A stretch of DNA of 64,000 nt from assembly GCA_964016885.1 (NCBI GenBank), contig OZ024740.1, positions 147,374,001-147,438,000 of the forward strand, in the 5' to 3' direction. Shown piece by piece: positions 1 to 14,118 of the stretch. Position 1 is the stretch's first letter; the number at the start of each line of letters is the position of its first letter. Source of the stretch: Eledone cirrhosa (Eukaryota). The notes below the pieces were generated by a model, which ran no database searches, had not been told where the DNA came from, and worked only from the letters and a program-made list of their open reading frames with translations. The position numbers and the translations under genes are program-made.

Positions 1-561
1 AAATATATCGTCGACCTTTTCAACTTTTACACCAAGAAGAACGATATGAAATTGACAAAGACATCCCAGATAGGAGCTTCCAGTTTCCTTCGTGATACGG
101 TATACCCATAACTGCAAGGGTTTCTGTTTGCGGGATTCAAGATGGAGTGGATCACATATTATAAAAAGGTGCATCAATATTACAAATAATGTAAACACTC
201 ACTCTGATATAATAAATCCATACAAAATTACTTTGATTCTCATTCAATAAACTGGTAATGAGTTCAGTGCATTATTTACTGGGCAACACCTGATAGCAAG
301 TCTAGTCTCGACTATTTGATTGTTTCTATGTCCCCACGTTCATATACATACATAATGGCTGCAACTCGATTTCGAGTAATGCCATCGCATTATACTTAAG
401 CATGAGCATCATGGACGTGGCTTTTTAGTCCTACTAGGGACTTGCTTATGGCCAGCCATGTCATGCATCACAAAATATGTCACATATCAAGCGATGCCTG
501 TGCTTGAAGCTTTTTTAAGTGAGAAAATACATATATACATACATACATACATACATATATG

Positions 562-572
<11 letters not shown>

Positions 573-650
<78 letters not shown>
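573..650. repeat. (GT)n microsatellite
   Basis: Pure GT run; explains the spurious CV-repeat ORFs. Confidence 0.95.
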
Positions 651-653
<3 letters not shown>

Positions 654-932
654 CGTGCATGTGTATTGCCGTTCTCGTTACTCAGATTATTTTCTAAATT
701 CTTTTACTGTTTAATCAGGTAGAGTAAGGCAGTGCCCATGATTCTTTTCAGTGTCTCTGAGACTGATAGAACGGTGGCTGTAGGGTGGAAATTATCCTCA
801 AACTGGGGATCTAGTCCGAATGCTTGTAACTTGTAACAGAAGACCAAGAGTTAAATCGCACAACAGGTTAAGTTTAAGCCAAATACGGAGTATGTAGGAA
901 GTGATTCGCTGAACAGCGATACATGCTGCAAT

Positions 933-977
<45 letters not shown>

Positions 978-1335
978 AATAATCTCAGCCGACAGCAACG
1001 CCCTCACGTGTATTATTAGATGCTTCACATTCCGCTAGCTGATGCTACTTCCTTTTCTGCTTCCTTTGTATCTTTCTATTTATTCCCAGACACACCTATA
1101 CAGCTAAACCAAATTCCCCACGCTTACTTTCATAAACATTATCAGTGAGATATAATTACTTAATATATTCATTGATCCTTTGTTTGTTTCATTTCTTTTC
1201 TTTTCTCCGCCTTATTTTTCCTTCCTATATATTTAAAACGTTATTTTGTTCACGTGACAACTAACGTGGTGACTTGTTTCTATCAAGGCTCCTCCCCCAC
1301 CTGTGTTATTTTCATTGGAAAATGTAGCGTGTTTA

Positions 1336-1489
<154 letters not shown>

Positions 1490-1789
1490 AACACTCTAAA
1501 TTTTTCAATGAAAATAACACACGAGTGAAAGAACGCATGCCTATTACCTCGTGACTAGCTAGATCTCTTGGTGTTGGTTGACGGGCTGGATGTTTGGCTG
1601 GCTGGCTGTTCTGATTGGCACCTCTCATTCGCAATATCTTCCTCATATAGGAGCAGGACTTATAAGAGAGGCAAGTTTAGCCGGTACATCGGTTCAGAAT
1701 CTTCAGTCAATCAAGGAGAGAACTATAAATAATTGAAACCTAACACCCCTCTTGAATTTTGAAGAAGGCCCTCCCGGAAAATTACCAGA

Positions 1790-1915
1790 GTCCTTAGGGC
1801 GTCGGATTAAATGCCTCGGTATTCTGGCCCACTGCGTTCTGAGTTCAGATCCAGCCATGGCTAACTTTGCCTTTCATCCTTTCGAGAAAGATAAATACAG
1901 TACCAGTCCAATATT
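1790..1915 (+). mobile_element. Degenerate tRNA-derived SINE
   Basis: B-box-like gagttcagatcc followed by ttgcctttcatcctttcg..gataaa..taccag, shared with the copy at 43891-44077. Similar fragments at about 2960-3110, 3355-3520, 3570-3690, 14130-14220 and 48330-48450. Confidence 0.6.
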
Positions 1916-3698
1916 CGGGTCCATTCTGCCTCTATCATTCTTTGTCTGTCTCTCTCTCCTTCCTTTTATAAAATAAATCGGTTGTGTTCAGACCTGGAGA
2001 GGAATGGGCTCCACCAGCTTTAACAGGTTTAAGAGCCGCTGTGTGTCACGATTGCGTATCTACGACTCCATCAAGAGTTAAGGGCCCTTTACTTTTCCTT
2101 CCCGGTCGTAGGACGGAAGCAGTTTGTTCCGCCTTACAAAATTTGTCTGAGGGGTCCTGTATTCCAGCGGGGTAAAATAAAGAAGAGAGCGAACAAGATA
2201 ATTTCAAAGTGGTCGGCCATATGACATGCTAGAAACATCAGCAATATCTTCATTAAAGCACACCCTACTATCTTTAAAATGGAAAGACACAATGTATAAG
2301 CTATACTAAGACACATCATGTATAAAAAAATTGGTATGGTCTCAGATGAAACGGTTTTGGTCCTCAGGACTGCTGAAAATAAAGGACAGGATGGCTACAA
2401 CTGCAACACCTTTTATCTCAGGGCTAAAAATGCGCCAAACAACAAGACCAATAACATACCACTTTTTTTTATTTTGTTAATCCTTATTTACATGTATTGC
2501 AAAATTCATTTGCTGATGATGAATAATACTTCTGAAATACATATACTGCGCTCTTACATGATTTCACAATAGCCTAAAATATTCACTGCGAGACTATACA
2601 ATACGTTTATTATACATAAATATACATATATGAGTCCATATACCTATACAAAAAAATGGTATGGGATGTTTATGGCTGGAAAACATTCGATCATGTCTGT
2701 TCTTATGGTTAAATTTTGTAACTTTCACAAGCTGTCTGCCATTAAGTTATGTCTATTATCTCTACGACAACTGCTTCTTTATCTTAAAACTAGGAGATTA
2801 TGAAGCTCCAATATAGGAGGAGGCCATTGCTTGCATTCTTTTCTCTCCTCACTCTCTTCTTTCACCTTTAAAGAAATTATATAGCTCGAAAAAGAGGGAA
2901 AACCACACAGCCAGTGTAACCCTTCCTAGCATAACAACTACCAGCCAACTACAGTGAGATTAGGCAGAATCGTAAGGGTATTGGATTAAAACTGCTTCGG
3001 TATTTGTACCGGCTCACTGTGGCCTGAGTTCAAATCCTACTAATACCAACTCTGCCTTCCATCCTTTCGAGGTCAATAGATAAAACTGCCACTTCAGTAC
3101 TGGGATCAATTCTTTCTCCCTTCTTTGGAAGAAATCAGCTGTCTTCCATGTGGGTGGGTGGAGTGGAGGGGAGCCAAGTGTAAAATGCCCAAGACACACC
3201 GTGTGTTTAATATGCTGCCCCTACGACTTCATCAGGAGTTTGTGACCCTTTACCTACGGTGGGATCAATAAAATCGACTGTACACCCTCCTTTACAAATA
3301 TGAAGTTCTGTGCTAGTGTAACAAATCGTTATTGTATGTGTATTATTATACAGTGTGGCGAGCGGACAGAGTCGTTAGAATGTCGGATAGAATGCTTTGT
3401 GGTACTTGTTCTGGTTCTTGTTGGTATTTGTTCCAGCTCTTTATTCGCTGTTTATTCCGAGGTCAAGTTTGGCTTTCATCTTCCAAGGGACGATAAAATA
3501 AATCACCAGTCAAGTTGATTTATTCATATTATCCTTCGACCTCAATTAAAAACTGTTATTACAAAGGAAGGTAGCGAATTTGGCAGCCATTAAAGCGTCG
3601 ATAAAATGCCTTGCAGTATTAATTCTGGCTCTCAGCTCCCTAGTCAATTTTACCCCTTCATCATTTCGGAGTCGGTAAATAAAGTATCAGTTAAATAT

Positions 3699-3838
<140 letters not shown>

Positions 3839-3914
3839 TCTCTCTCTCTCTCTCTCTCTCTCCATAATCTCTCACTCCCACACTCCCTTACTCGCGTTTA
3901 CGTTGTTGGGAAGA

Positions 3915-4230
3915 AAAACTTAACCTCCCATCTGTAATAACAATGGAGCTAAAGGCGAGCGAGGCACTACCCCTCTGGAGCAGATACAAACTATGCAGTG
4001 TGGGAAACGCCTCAATAGAATAACATCTGGTGTTGGTCGTGCAAAAGCCAATCTGGCAAAATGGGGATATTTAAAGGATGAAGACGTTGTGTGTGATTGC
4101 GGCATCAAACCATAGGCTACGCAGCACCTCCTGATATGCCCCCTGCTGGAACACTCCTGCACAGCATTGGACTTGGTAGAGTTTAATGAGAAAGGATAGC
4201 AATATGTTCAGCTGTAGCGGAACCACATCT
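3915..4230 (+). mobile_element. 3' relic of a non-LTR retrotransposon (Ingi/Vingi-like zinc knuckle)
   Basis: Manual translation from about 4005: KRLNRITSGVGRAKANLAKWGYLKDEDVVCDCGIKP*ATQHLLICPLLEHSCT, an LNR..G.GR/WG/CDCG..H..CP pattern with an internal stop. Confidence 0.6.
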
Positions 4231-4778
4231 AGCCAAGCTTTGTAGCCGACACTCTTGTAGACACAATAAGAAGATTTATGTTGCGCTGCGCGAATGGTCG
4301 GTGGGAAACGACTTACTATGTTCCTCAAGTATGAAATGGTTCAGTGAAGGACTAGCAGCCTCTATTCACATAGAAAAACGAATATGCAACTCAAAGAACG
4401 GTCCGATGTGCAATACAGCACGGGGCATAATTAATACCCGTATTAATCTGATTGTGTGTGTGTGTTTGTGTGTGTGTACAGAAGAAGGCGTTTTACTATA
4501 GTTATAGATAATGTTATATAACGATTGTCGTTATCAAAATTAATCAGTCATAAACTCTTTATTTAAAATTATTTTCTTATTGGAATGAAACACCAGATGA
4601 TTCAATCAAGCTTTTGAAGAAAACCGCTACACAACCACTACAATCACTACAATTTAGAATTATTTGCATTTATTATATTAACTACTACCTGAGGTACCCG
4701 GCTCCTCCCGGGAGCACAATTAAGAGAGACAGATAAAAGAGAAAACGACTGTATTGGATGTGTGTGTGTGTGTGTGTG

Positions 4779-4883
<105 letters not shown>

Positions 4884-4943
4884 AGTCATAAAACTTTCTT
4901 ATTAGGCTGGGAGAGTAAACTACCGATTAAATGGTAGCATTGG

Positions 4944-5092
4944 CCTTGGATTTTAAATGTTGTAAAACAACCATAGTCAATATACCGCAGCAATATACCG
5001 CATAACATTGCTTCTGAAGTGTTTAGCAATGTTATGCGGTATATTGCTGCGGTATATTGACTATGTTATTTCACAACATTTAAAATCCAAGG
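4944..5092. repeat. Near-perfect inverted repeat (about 68-bp arms, about 12-nt loop)
   Basis: ccttggattttaaatgttgt...cataacattgct pairs with agcaatgttatg...acaacatttaaaatccaagg. Confidence 0.85.
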
Positions 5093-5789
5093 GCAAGTAA
5101 GTAGTATATGGATAAGTAGTAAGTAGTATATGGATAAAAGCTGGAGGGTAGATAATTTCAAATAGTATCAATTTTCTTTGTTCTGTAAAATCAAAGACTG
5201 TAAAACTACTTTATAAAAGTTAACGCAATATTGTTAAACCTTCAACTGATATACTTTGATCTATAGTTTAAGCCGATTCTAGACTTTTGTGGGACGTCAC
5301 TCTCTCTCTCTCTCCCTCTCTCTCTCTCCCCCTCTCTCTGAATACAGTTTAATTATGTCTCTCTCTGTATAACGCCTATCTCTCTCTTTCTGCCTCTCAC
5401 TCTGTGTCTCTCTCTCTCTTTAGAAGTGTGTATGTATTTGTGTTGTGTGTGTGCGCGCGCGAACACGCGTGTGCGTGTGCGTGCGTGTGTGTGGTTTTCG
5501 CGTGATTCAACCAGCCAGCCAGCCAATAAACATCTATCTTTTATATTATATATAGATAATAAATAAATTTTAAAACTTGTCGGCAGTTTTAAATGTTTGT
5601 CGGGAGGCAATAATATCATTTTCCCTTTTTACCGTAATGTATAAATATATTTTATTATATGTGTAAAACTTGTTATATTTCACACATTCAAGCGAGTACA
5701 TTATGTAAGTTGTAACTACTTACTGCTCTTTTGAAGCATATGAATTGTCATTGTAATGTGGGCTGTGAGAAAAATAATATTGAATTTAA

Positions 5790-6162
5790 TTGAATTGAAT
5801 ATATTATAATAGGCAGTGAGTAGGGTTATGTCATATGCTCATATTTATTATTAATATTGAATATATTATAATAGGCAGTGAGTAGGGTTATGTCATATGC
5901 TCATATTTGTTATTAATATTGAATATATTATAATAGGCAGTGAGTAGGGTTATGTCATATGCTCATATTTATTATTAATATTGAATATATTATAATAGGA
6001 AGGGAGTATGGTTATGCCATATGCTCATATTTGTTATTAATATTGAATATATCATAATAGGAAGGGAGTATGGTTATGTCATATGCTCATATTTGTTATT
6101 AATATTGAATATATTATAATAGGAAGGGAGTATGGTTATGTCATATGCTCATATTTGTTATT
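5790..6162. repeat. 59-bp minisatellite, about 6.3 copies
   Basis: Unit attgaatatattataataggcagtgagtagggttatgtcatatgctcatattt(a/g)ttattaat; the last three copies carry a variant. Confidence 0.9.
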
Positions 6163-6224
6163 CAACCAGGAAAATTGTTGATATTAATAGTCTGTCTATC
6201 TCTCATGTTTTCAGTGGCGAATGC

Positions 6225-7920
6225 TATAAGTATCTTGGAATTGATGAGAATGTTGCATGAGTTGGTGTTGTGAGTAAATCCAGAGTGACTAAGGATGCTT
6301 TAATAAAGCATGGAAGTAAGAGTTGTCCGCATCCAGTACGACCAGGGTCCATGATGCTTTGTAGTGCCAGAGCTCGTGAAAAAACTGGACACGTGATGAG
6401 ATCCACGATTTGGACAACAGAACTAAGAGGATACCAAACACCACTGATAATACCACTTCCACATCAACAGTGATCTTTAGAGGATTTATGTTGAACACAT
6501 GGACGGAATCAGAGGAATAAGTTCAGTCAAAATGTTCTTTGAGTATTGCGTCGTACCACTCAAGCAACATTTGCTGAGCAGTGATAATATCGTGAAAGTA
6601 GGTAAATAACTCTTGAACGGGTACTCTGAGTGTACACTCAGTGTACCCGTTCAAGAGTTATCTCTCGTTCAAGAGTTATCTCTCTCCAGTTACCCAAAGT
6701 GGCTCTACAAACCTACTAACTCCCCCCCCCCCCCCCCCCAAAAAAAAACATGAATTAAAAGCACTCATCATACCAGGAGAAAATAATGATTGGGTACATA
6801 TTACGCAATATTGAGGACACTAACAACATTGACAAGAAAAGTAGTGTTTTCTGTACCTGGAAAAATAATCCTTCGATACTCAGGAACAAGTGATAGTTAC
6901 TAAATTTCTGATCAATAAGAGAGATAAGGAAGCCTTCAAAACACCACATTATGTTAGAAATGTTGATTGTGTCATAGCAGTGTAGAAGATATCATTTACA
7001 TCATCAGTCACTGGCCAAGTGACACCACCTAACAGCAATTCTATATGCAGAAATTATTGCACTGATGTTCATATAAAAGCAACCAGAATCAGAACCAAAA
7101 TGTATCTACACTTTTAAGATTAATGAATACTGGTGGACCATTCCAATAAAAACAGCAATCCAGTGCAAACACAACATACCTGTCATGTATCGTTGTAGTT
7201 AGTTGCTCAGTATATGTGAATATACTGCCTAAAGTTGAGGGAAAAGAAAGCATCTATGGTGAGCTAATGCAGAACTTTAAAGCTTGTGTCTTGTCTATAG
7301 ATTTTATTTAGTACCTATTACCATACATGCATAGTGTTATGTAACAAAATATATGCATACAAGTCTGGAAACGTGTTTTTTTCCCAAGAATGATGAACAA
7401 AAGCAAATTGACCCATATCCTTCAAATACAATCGACTAGACTAGTGGTACAGTAAATATATACAAGTCAATTTGAGTTTCCTGGAATTAATATATATGCA
7501 CAACTACATGCGTGCATATGACCCCCCCCCCCACACATCTATATAAAAACTAATCACGTGCACCTACCCATTTACGAGAGAGAAATACACACTCATAATC
7601 TGATTGCAAGTACACCACACACCTACGTATAGGTATACATTTACTCATATCTCTAAATAATTTTAATTGTTTTAACTAATTTGTCATTCACATACACACA
7701 CACACACACACACACATAAATACATGCCTACATACTTACTTACTTACAAACATCTAATGGACTTCCATCAGCCTCGACGATGAGTGTTCCATATGCTCGA
7801 TCAACGGAACCAACAAGAAATTGCATAGGCCAAATATCAACAACATCAGCACCAACTGGACCTCATTACCCATTTCTCTACAGACATTGGAATGAAATTT
7901 GGAGAATCCAAATGTGCATT
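6225..7920 (+). mobile_element. Scattered relics of an R4/Dong-like RLE non-LTR retrotransposon
   Basis: Manual translations: YKYLGIDENVA (about 6225), EYWWTIPIKTAIQCKHNIP (about 7125), EGKESIYGELMQN (about 7237), QLDLITHFSTDIGMKFGESKCA (about 7853). Many stops, and the pieces are out of order. Confidence 0.5.
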
Positions 7921-8729
7921 GTTGCAAATTTTCTACGCCAGTTCCATGTGGGTTTGGTGGCGCGAGTTGTTACTGGAGGGTTTTGTAATCTGAGCCCTTT
8001 AATGTAAAGAGAGGAGTCGGACAATATCATGTGCTGGTTCATGTATGGGTCAATATATTCTTCATATATTCCTGTGGCAACAATATTACACAGAAGGGTA
8101 GAAAGGGAGGCAGGGGTCACTATGAACTTTCGACTTGATGGGAACCTCTTCAACACCCGATGATTGAAGCTTACCACTACGCTCAGATCTTAACAGATCA
8201 TTCAACTGCTGTTGATTGCACTCTGGGAGCTCACACTCCAGAAGCTCAACAAGCCACCATCGGACACTTCAACTTTCTCCCAATTCAAACACCTTGGCAG
8301 CATAATTCCCAATGATTGCACACTAGAAAAGAAGACTCTACACCGCCACAGATAGGACTCTGTTGCTTTTTGAAGGCTAAGAAAAAGGGCTATGTAACGA
8401 AAGATATGCACAAAACCTAGAACCAACCATCTCAAGCTTCATACCAAGCAGTATGTGTCTCCCCTCCCTTATATGGGTGTAATATATGGACCAAATACAG
8501 CCGGCATATTAAGGCCCTGAGGCCTTTAATATTCAGTGTCCCCAGAAGATATTTTCAATTATCTTTCGTAGAACCAATACAACCAGCATCGAATCCAGAC
8601 CATGCAAGCATCAACAGAAATAATTTGGACATGTAGTGTACATATCCGACTTATTTGCATATAGTGTGAACTTAAGTCGTTATGATTAATTGGTAACACA
8701 CACACATACGCAAACATACACACACATTC

Positions 8730-8775
<46 letters not shown>

Positions 8776-9214
8776 GAAAACAAAGAGTAAAGACAATAGA
8801 AGACATCTGCACTAATGTTGACAATGCTTGGGAAACCCAGAAATAGAAACAACTACTTTTGTAATGAATTGGAAATGACTAAACAAATGTTTATGATTTG
8901 TGTAGTAGGTGTAATGATTAGGTACTTATAGCAGCAGTAACCTGTTTAGTAGAAAGAAAAATGCTTATGGGTTGACACTGGTGTGAATTGCAAATAAACA
9001 TTTGCATATTTCTATTGAAGTACTGACAGGAAGGAAAGAACTCATAGGAGAGTTACTTTGTATATCAGTGAAGATGTGACATTCTTAGTACTGTTGTCAC
9101 ATTTCAACTTTGTCTGTGACACTCTAATAATGCATATAAATCAACTCAAAAATGGCAATATACTCGTATATACTATATTATATCTCGCTTTATATACATA
9201 TTATATAATGTGAG

Positions 9215-9340
9215 TTTCGGGTTCAATCAGGGGTAACCACAGTTAAATAAGATACTCAATATATTAGTAGAGTGTAAACATCAAGTTTAATATAGAAATG
9301 GCTTCTATAGGATTAGAAATGTTTCATTCAAAAGAAATGA
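9215..9340 (-). mobile_element. Diverged copy of the short HHR-bearing element at 34926-35058
   Basis: gggtaaccacagt..tactcaata..tttaatataga..ttcta.agga.tagaa.tgtttcattc aligns with 34935-35040; the HHR core is truncated. Confidence 0.6.
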
Positions 9341-9346
9341 TGATGA

Positions 9347-9395
<49 letters not shown>

Positions 9396-9397
<2 letters not shown>

Positions 9398-9735
9398 AAA
9401 ATGTTCAGGACTCCAGCAGCAGAGCTCAAGCCGTTTCGACGGCTATTTCTGGATTAAATTAGATTTTTAGCGTGGTAATAAATTGCATGATTATCGCATG
9501 ACCATATATGGAATTACCCCTTGAAAAGTTCGGCCTTTATTACCACGCTAAAAATCTAATTTAATCCTTAGATTTTTAGCGTGATAATAAAAGCCGAACT
9601 TTTCAATAGCCGTCGAAACGGGTTGAGCTCTGCCGTCGAGGTCCTGAACATTTTCCTATTACCTACTCTACTACGCAAAGTATCGAGTACTCTGCTGCGT
9701 TATGGTTCACCTGGTTCCTTACCACACTTCCTTCG

Positions 9736-9737
<2 letters not shown>
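9396..9737. mobile_element. Rearranged PLE 3' repeat fragment with HHR-like motif, between (TA)n tracts
   Basis: Homologous to 35681-35893 and 37246-37370; several internal inversions; ttgaaaa...gaaacgg..gccgtc motif. Confidence 0.7.
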
Positions 9738-9786
<49 letters not shown>

Positions 9787-11315
9787 CGTATATGTATATA
9801 CATATATAAGCTAGATTATTAGACGGTATATTTATTACTAATAAATTTTAATTTGTGCGTTTAGTCTTCCACAAGTTTTAACGTTTTCCTTAATATATTT
9901 GCCAGTTTTGCTCAATGACTTTGAAGAAAAAATTAGGTATATTTTGCTTATTTTCTCTTCACATTTTTAATTGTTCTGATTAATTGATTATTTTCTAAAA
10001 GTCTCTCATTGAGCAAAATTGTTAAAGGAGGAATACCACATATATATATATGTAGTGACGTACATTCCGAGGGCTCATGGATACATTCTCCGTACGTTGT
10101 TTGGCTCAGTTCAGCCAATCGCTACCAGCGTAGGGAAATGTATCTCGACTTCCGCCCAGAGGGAAACATTCCGCTTCTATTCAAAAATCTCTCTCTTGCA
10201 GCTCGACACCGTGATGGTAAACATCTCTTGATTTCGTTCCTCAAGCATAGACAATATGTAGCAACAAATATCATTACGGGTCTGGCTAACGCCTCAGCCA
10301 GTTGACCGTACCTCCTTAAACTCTTAATTTGTCTATTCACTTCATTATGGCATGCCAGCTAAACCTTTGTAATCTGTTTGTAAATAAATTATATATTATA
10401 AACATTATAAAGTCGTATGATGCCACAACATTGCTTTTAACATCTTCAATGGTGACTTCTGTGATACAATACACAAATAAACACATTCTCAACACATACA
10501 TATATATCATCTATTAACTTCCTCCAATTTAGATACTATTTCTAAATATACTTATGTATCTATGTGTATGTGTATTTTATTATTTTGTCCCAACTCCCTT
10601 ACGGTTGAATGAATGAAATAAACGGGTATTGGCTGCTTCTTCTAGCAAGTATAATAATCGCCAAACGTCCAGCCTTTACCACCCTTCTGCGACCGTTATA
10701 CCACGTGATAATTCTCGCTCCTGAGAATTTTTCACGTGTAGCAGCCAGTTCAAGAATTCGTCCTTTCATTGAGGGATCGCTTGAAAAACCAAGAGCCTCA
10801 CGGTCCTGGTGCACTTTAGTTGCACTCTGGCAGCATACCAGTCAGCGATACTGTACAGTCGACTGTTTGAAGAAAAAATTGTTATATAACTCTGATTAAT
10901 TGATTATTTAAAAAAATCTTATAGTTATGTAGCTATATGTATGTGTATAGTATTATTTTGTATATATATATATATTAAGAAAAACCATGAAGGTTCGTTT
11001 ACGTGTTTTTAGTTTTTTTCTTGTGTATCGATCCGTTATGGGTGTTTCGCAGAAGATTATCGCAGGGTCACTCATTTCAAATATGTCTATAACCTTAGTT
11101 CGTGCATGAGAATGTGAGCCTCTCAATGTGTATCAGTGTGTGTGTTAATGCTTTTGTGGATGTGTATTACCATGGAGAGGAGCTGGGCTCCGCCGGGTTT
11201 TTTAAAATGTCCTGATAAGCCGTATGTCAATGCTGCACCTTTAAGACCTCCACAGTAGTTACTGGTTCATACATACATACTACAATTATAATGTGTGTGT
11301 GTATGTGGCTGTGTG

Positions 11316-12202
11316 CAGTGGCGGACTGGCCAGGTTGCCAGGTTGCCCAATGGCAAGTGAGCCTCATTGTAACTTTGAATCTAACTGACATGCAAAAACA
11401 TATATATATATGAATAAAGTAAGCCCAAATCATAGTAGATTCAAATATCACAGAGAGAAAGAGAGAGTGGGGGGGGGGGGGGGGAGAAATAAGGTGCAAC
11501 AGAAATGAAACATTGATTATAGGTTAAAATATAGTCTAGATAGATGAGAAACAGAACGAGGATGTTACATGGAACACCCAACTGATTTAGAAGTCGTCCT
11601 TAAGTAGGAGCAATACCATTAAGAAAGACATGAACAACACCACATCATTTTGTGTTGAACATTTTGAAAGTAGGTTTATAAGTATGAATTTTCAATAGAC
11701 CTTCGTAGCTGTCTCAGTGGACTAGCGGTAGGTACTAGAGACGTGGCGATCCTGGTCTTTGGTTCAATCCTGGTCGAGAGGCACATGTAAACTTTTTCAG
11801 TTTTCATTTTACATCCCATAGAAAAAAACTGAAAAGGTTTACCGGGTACCCTACTCCTGACCAGGATCGAAATTCAGACCAGGATCACCACCGTCTATGA
11901 TTCCTCCAACTAGGCGGGCGAGACAGTTACAAAGGTATAATGAAAATTAATAAATATAAATCTACTTTCAAAATCAAAGTTTAAAAGATGTGGTGTCGTT
12001 CATGGCTTTCCAAGAGTTATTAGTCATATTTAGGGTCGACTTGTCAATCTTCTGGCTCTTTGGTAACAACCTTATTCCTATGTGTTTAACTGTTGAATTA
12101 ATTTAATTTGATTATTTTAACAAACAAATGATAGCATTCTATATGTAGGTGGGCCCCCTTCATCTCCTGGCAACCAATACTTTTAGACCCAGTCCACCAC
12201 TG
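11316..12202. mobile_element. MITE-like element with 14-bp TIRs and an internal imperfect palindrome containing two tRNA-like sequences
   Basis: Ends cagtggcggactgg / ccagtccaccactg (one mismatch); about 11620-11805 is an imperfect inverse of about 11825-12010. No clear TSD. Confidence 0.6.
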
Positions 12203-12231
12203 CCCGTGAGTGTTCACATGTCACCATATAA

Positions 12232-12340
12232 TTGTTTCTACTTTTGGCACAAGGCCAGCAATTACCCAGTGTATTACTGGTACTTTATTTTATCGACCCT
12301 GTAAGGATGAAAGGCAAAGTTAACCTCGGCGGGATTTGAA
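12232..12340 (-). mobile_element. SINE 3' fragment
   Basis: Near-identical to 43891-44000. Confidence 0.75.
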
Positions 12341-12872
12341 ATGCACGCGTATCAGTGGAGGTATGTATGTGAATATACATGTATCAGTACAAACGTATGT
12401 ATGCATCAATGTAAACACATGTATGTGTCATTTCATGTGTTCAAATATCAATGTTTATGTCACTATAGGCGCACGCAATCGTGTGTGCATGTATATATGT
12501 GTCGGTCCCTGTGTTAGTCGATGTGTGTAGTGAGGTATTACATTACCCTAATTTAGTTTCCAGTTACCTAAATAGCATTTACATACACACTCGAGAATAT
12601 TGATTCAGTGACTTATATGGAGGAATAAAAATATAACTAATATTCTCATTAATAAAATGGTCATAATTAGTCACATCATCAACGAATGCATTATATGCAA
12701 ATTAGACTGACCATTTCAGCTTAATCTTTGTTTATGTTTGATTTTCTAATATACACTATGTAACATGTGGTGCAGTGAATTAATATATACATATACACCA
12801 GGTCCGAAGACAAAGAAACCAAACTCCCACTGTTACTGCCTCAGTCTCTCACGCTCTCCCCATCTCTCACAG

Positions 12873-13331
12873 TTATGAATAAATGGGGACCCACGTGCTG
12901 ATAACCTTTCGGCCTATCGGAATAGAGAAGGTGTTTCTCCGGAAAACGATGAGGGTGGCGCGCTGGAAGAGCCATTCCAACACGTGAGGCTCTGTGCTGG
13001 TGGTGGTGAGCGAGCAGAGAGGTGGCCCTCGGGCCAAGGACACCAGAAGTCTCCACGGAGAGCGACCGATATGTGAAGATTTACCCTCCTCGGCCCCGAA
13101 GTGCAGCACAGCCTGCATTAGTTGCAGACTCCACCAGACTGTAGCAACCAAGTCATGCTTTAGGACCTCGTTGAGAACAGCATGGCGTGGAAGCTGGCCG
13201 GTACTGTAGCGACAGGACAGCGGGTGGAGGCCGTAAGAGTTTACAGTGGATCTGCAGCGACATTTGTGTGGCTCGCAGAACTGAAGGCCGAGCCTCAAGG
13301 TAACTCTGATTCGCAGGCTATCATCATCCAA
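12873..13331 (-). mobile_element. CRE-like non-LTR retrotransposon C-terminal relic (zinc knuckle + RLE region, internally deleted)
   Basis: ORF LRIRVTLRLGLQFCEPHKCRCRSTVNSYGLHPLSC...PRHAVLNEVLK and distal WLFQRATLIVFRRN, resembling CRE C-C-H-C/RH..N and LFQRLS...RGN motifs. Confidence 0.65.
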
Positions 13332-13954
13332 CTGAGTGCTATTGCCTTATCTTTTTAATATTCTTTGTATTAAACATTTTAACACTAAATTCATGCTTCC
13401 CTTCCATTTTTGCATTGTTTGTCATGTTTTCGCTTATCTGTCTTGCATTTGCATATCTGTATCTCACTCATTTGCATATTTTTCTTCTTCTCCTTGTGGG
13501 TATTCGACATTGCACTGACATACAATGCCATTATGGGAATCTTGCTCGCCTTTTCTGTAGCATTTGCCTCTAAAGTTATAATGGTTGAAATTGTTGTGGA
13601 ACCAAACGGGAAGTAGAAACACTAATACCAGCTAGTAATTTAAATACTAACCAACCAACCCACAAACCCAGCCAACTAGCCAACCTAATTAATCAATTGA
13701 TTCACAAATCAACCAACTGACCAGCTAGCTAACCAACTAGACTAAGAAACTTAGCCAAAGGACAAAATACCCTCAACCAATGAGATTGTTTTCTTTAACG
13801 CCATTCTTAACTGAAATGTTACCCATAGTATTAGCAGTTATTATTGGAACAACACACTTCTTAATTATGTTCTATGTAGACAATACTAATGGAATATGAT
13901 TCTATGCCAAAATATTCCATTAATTAATGTCGTACCGGTAAATTTGTTTTTATA

Positions 13955-14118
<164 letters not shown>

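Noticed and set aside
7920-8550. Minus-strand short ORFs as a gene
   Set aside because: No recognisable motif; probably decayed transposon sequence, but not supportable.
10030-10880. Two GC-richer islands with splice-like borders as possible exons
   Set aside because: The minus-strand candidate exons have stops in all three frames and no recognisable protein.
11020-11085. Possible HHR on the minus strand
   Set aside because: GAAA is present but there is no convincing core or stem I.
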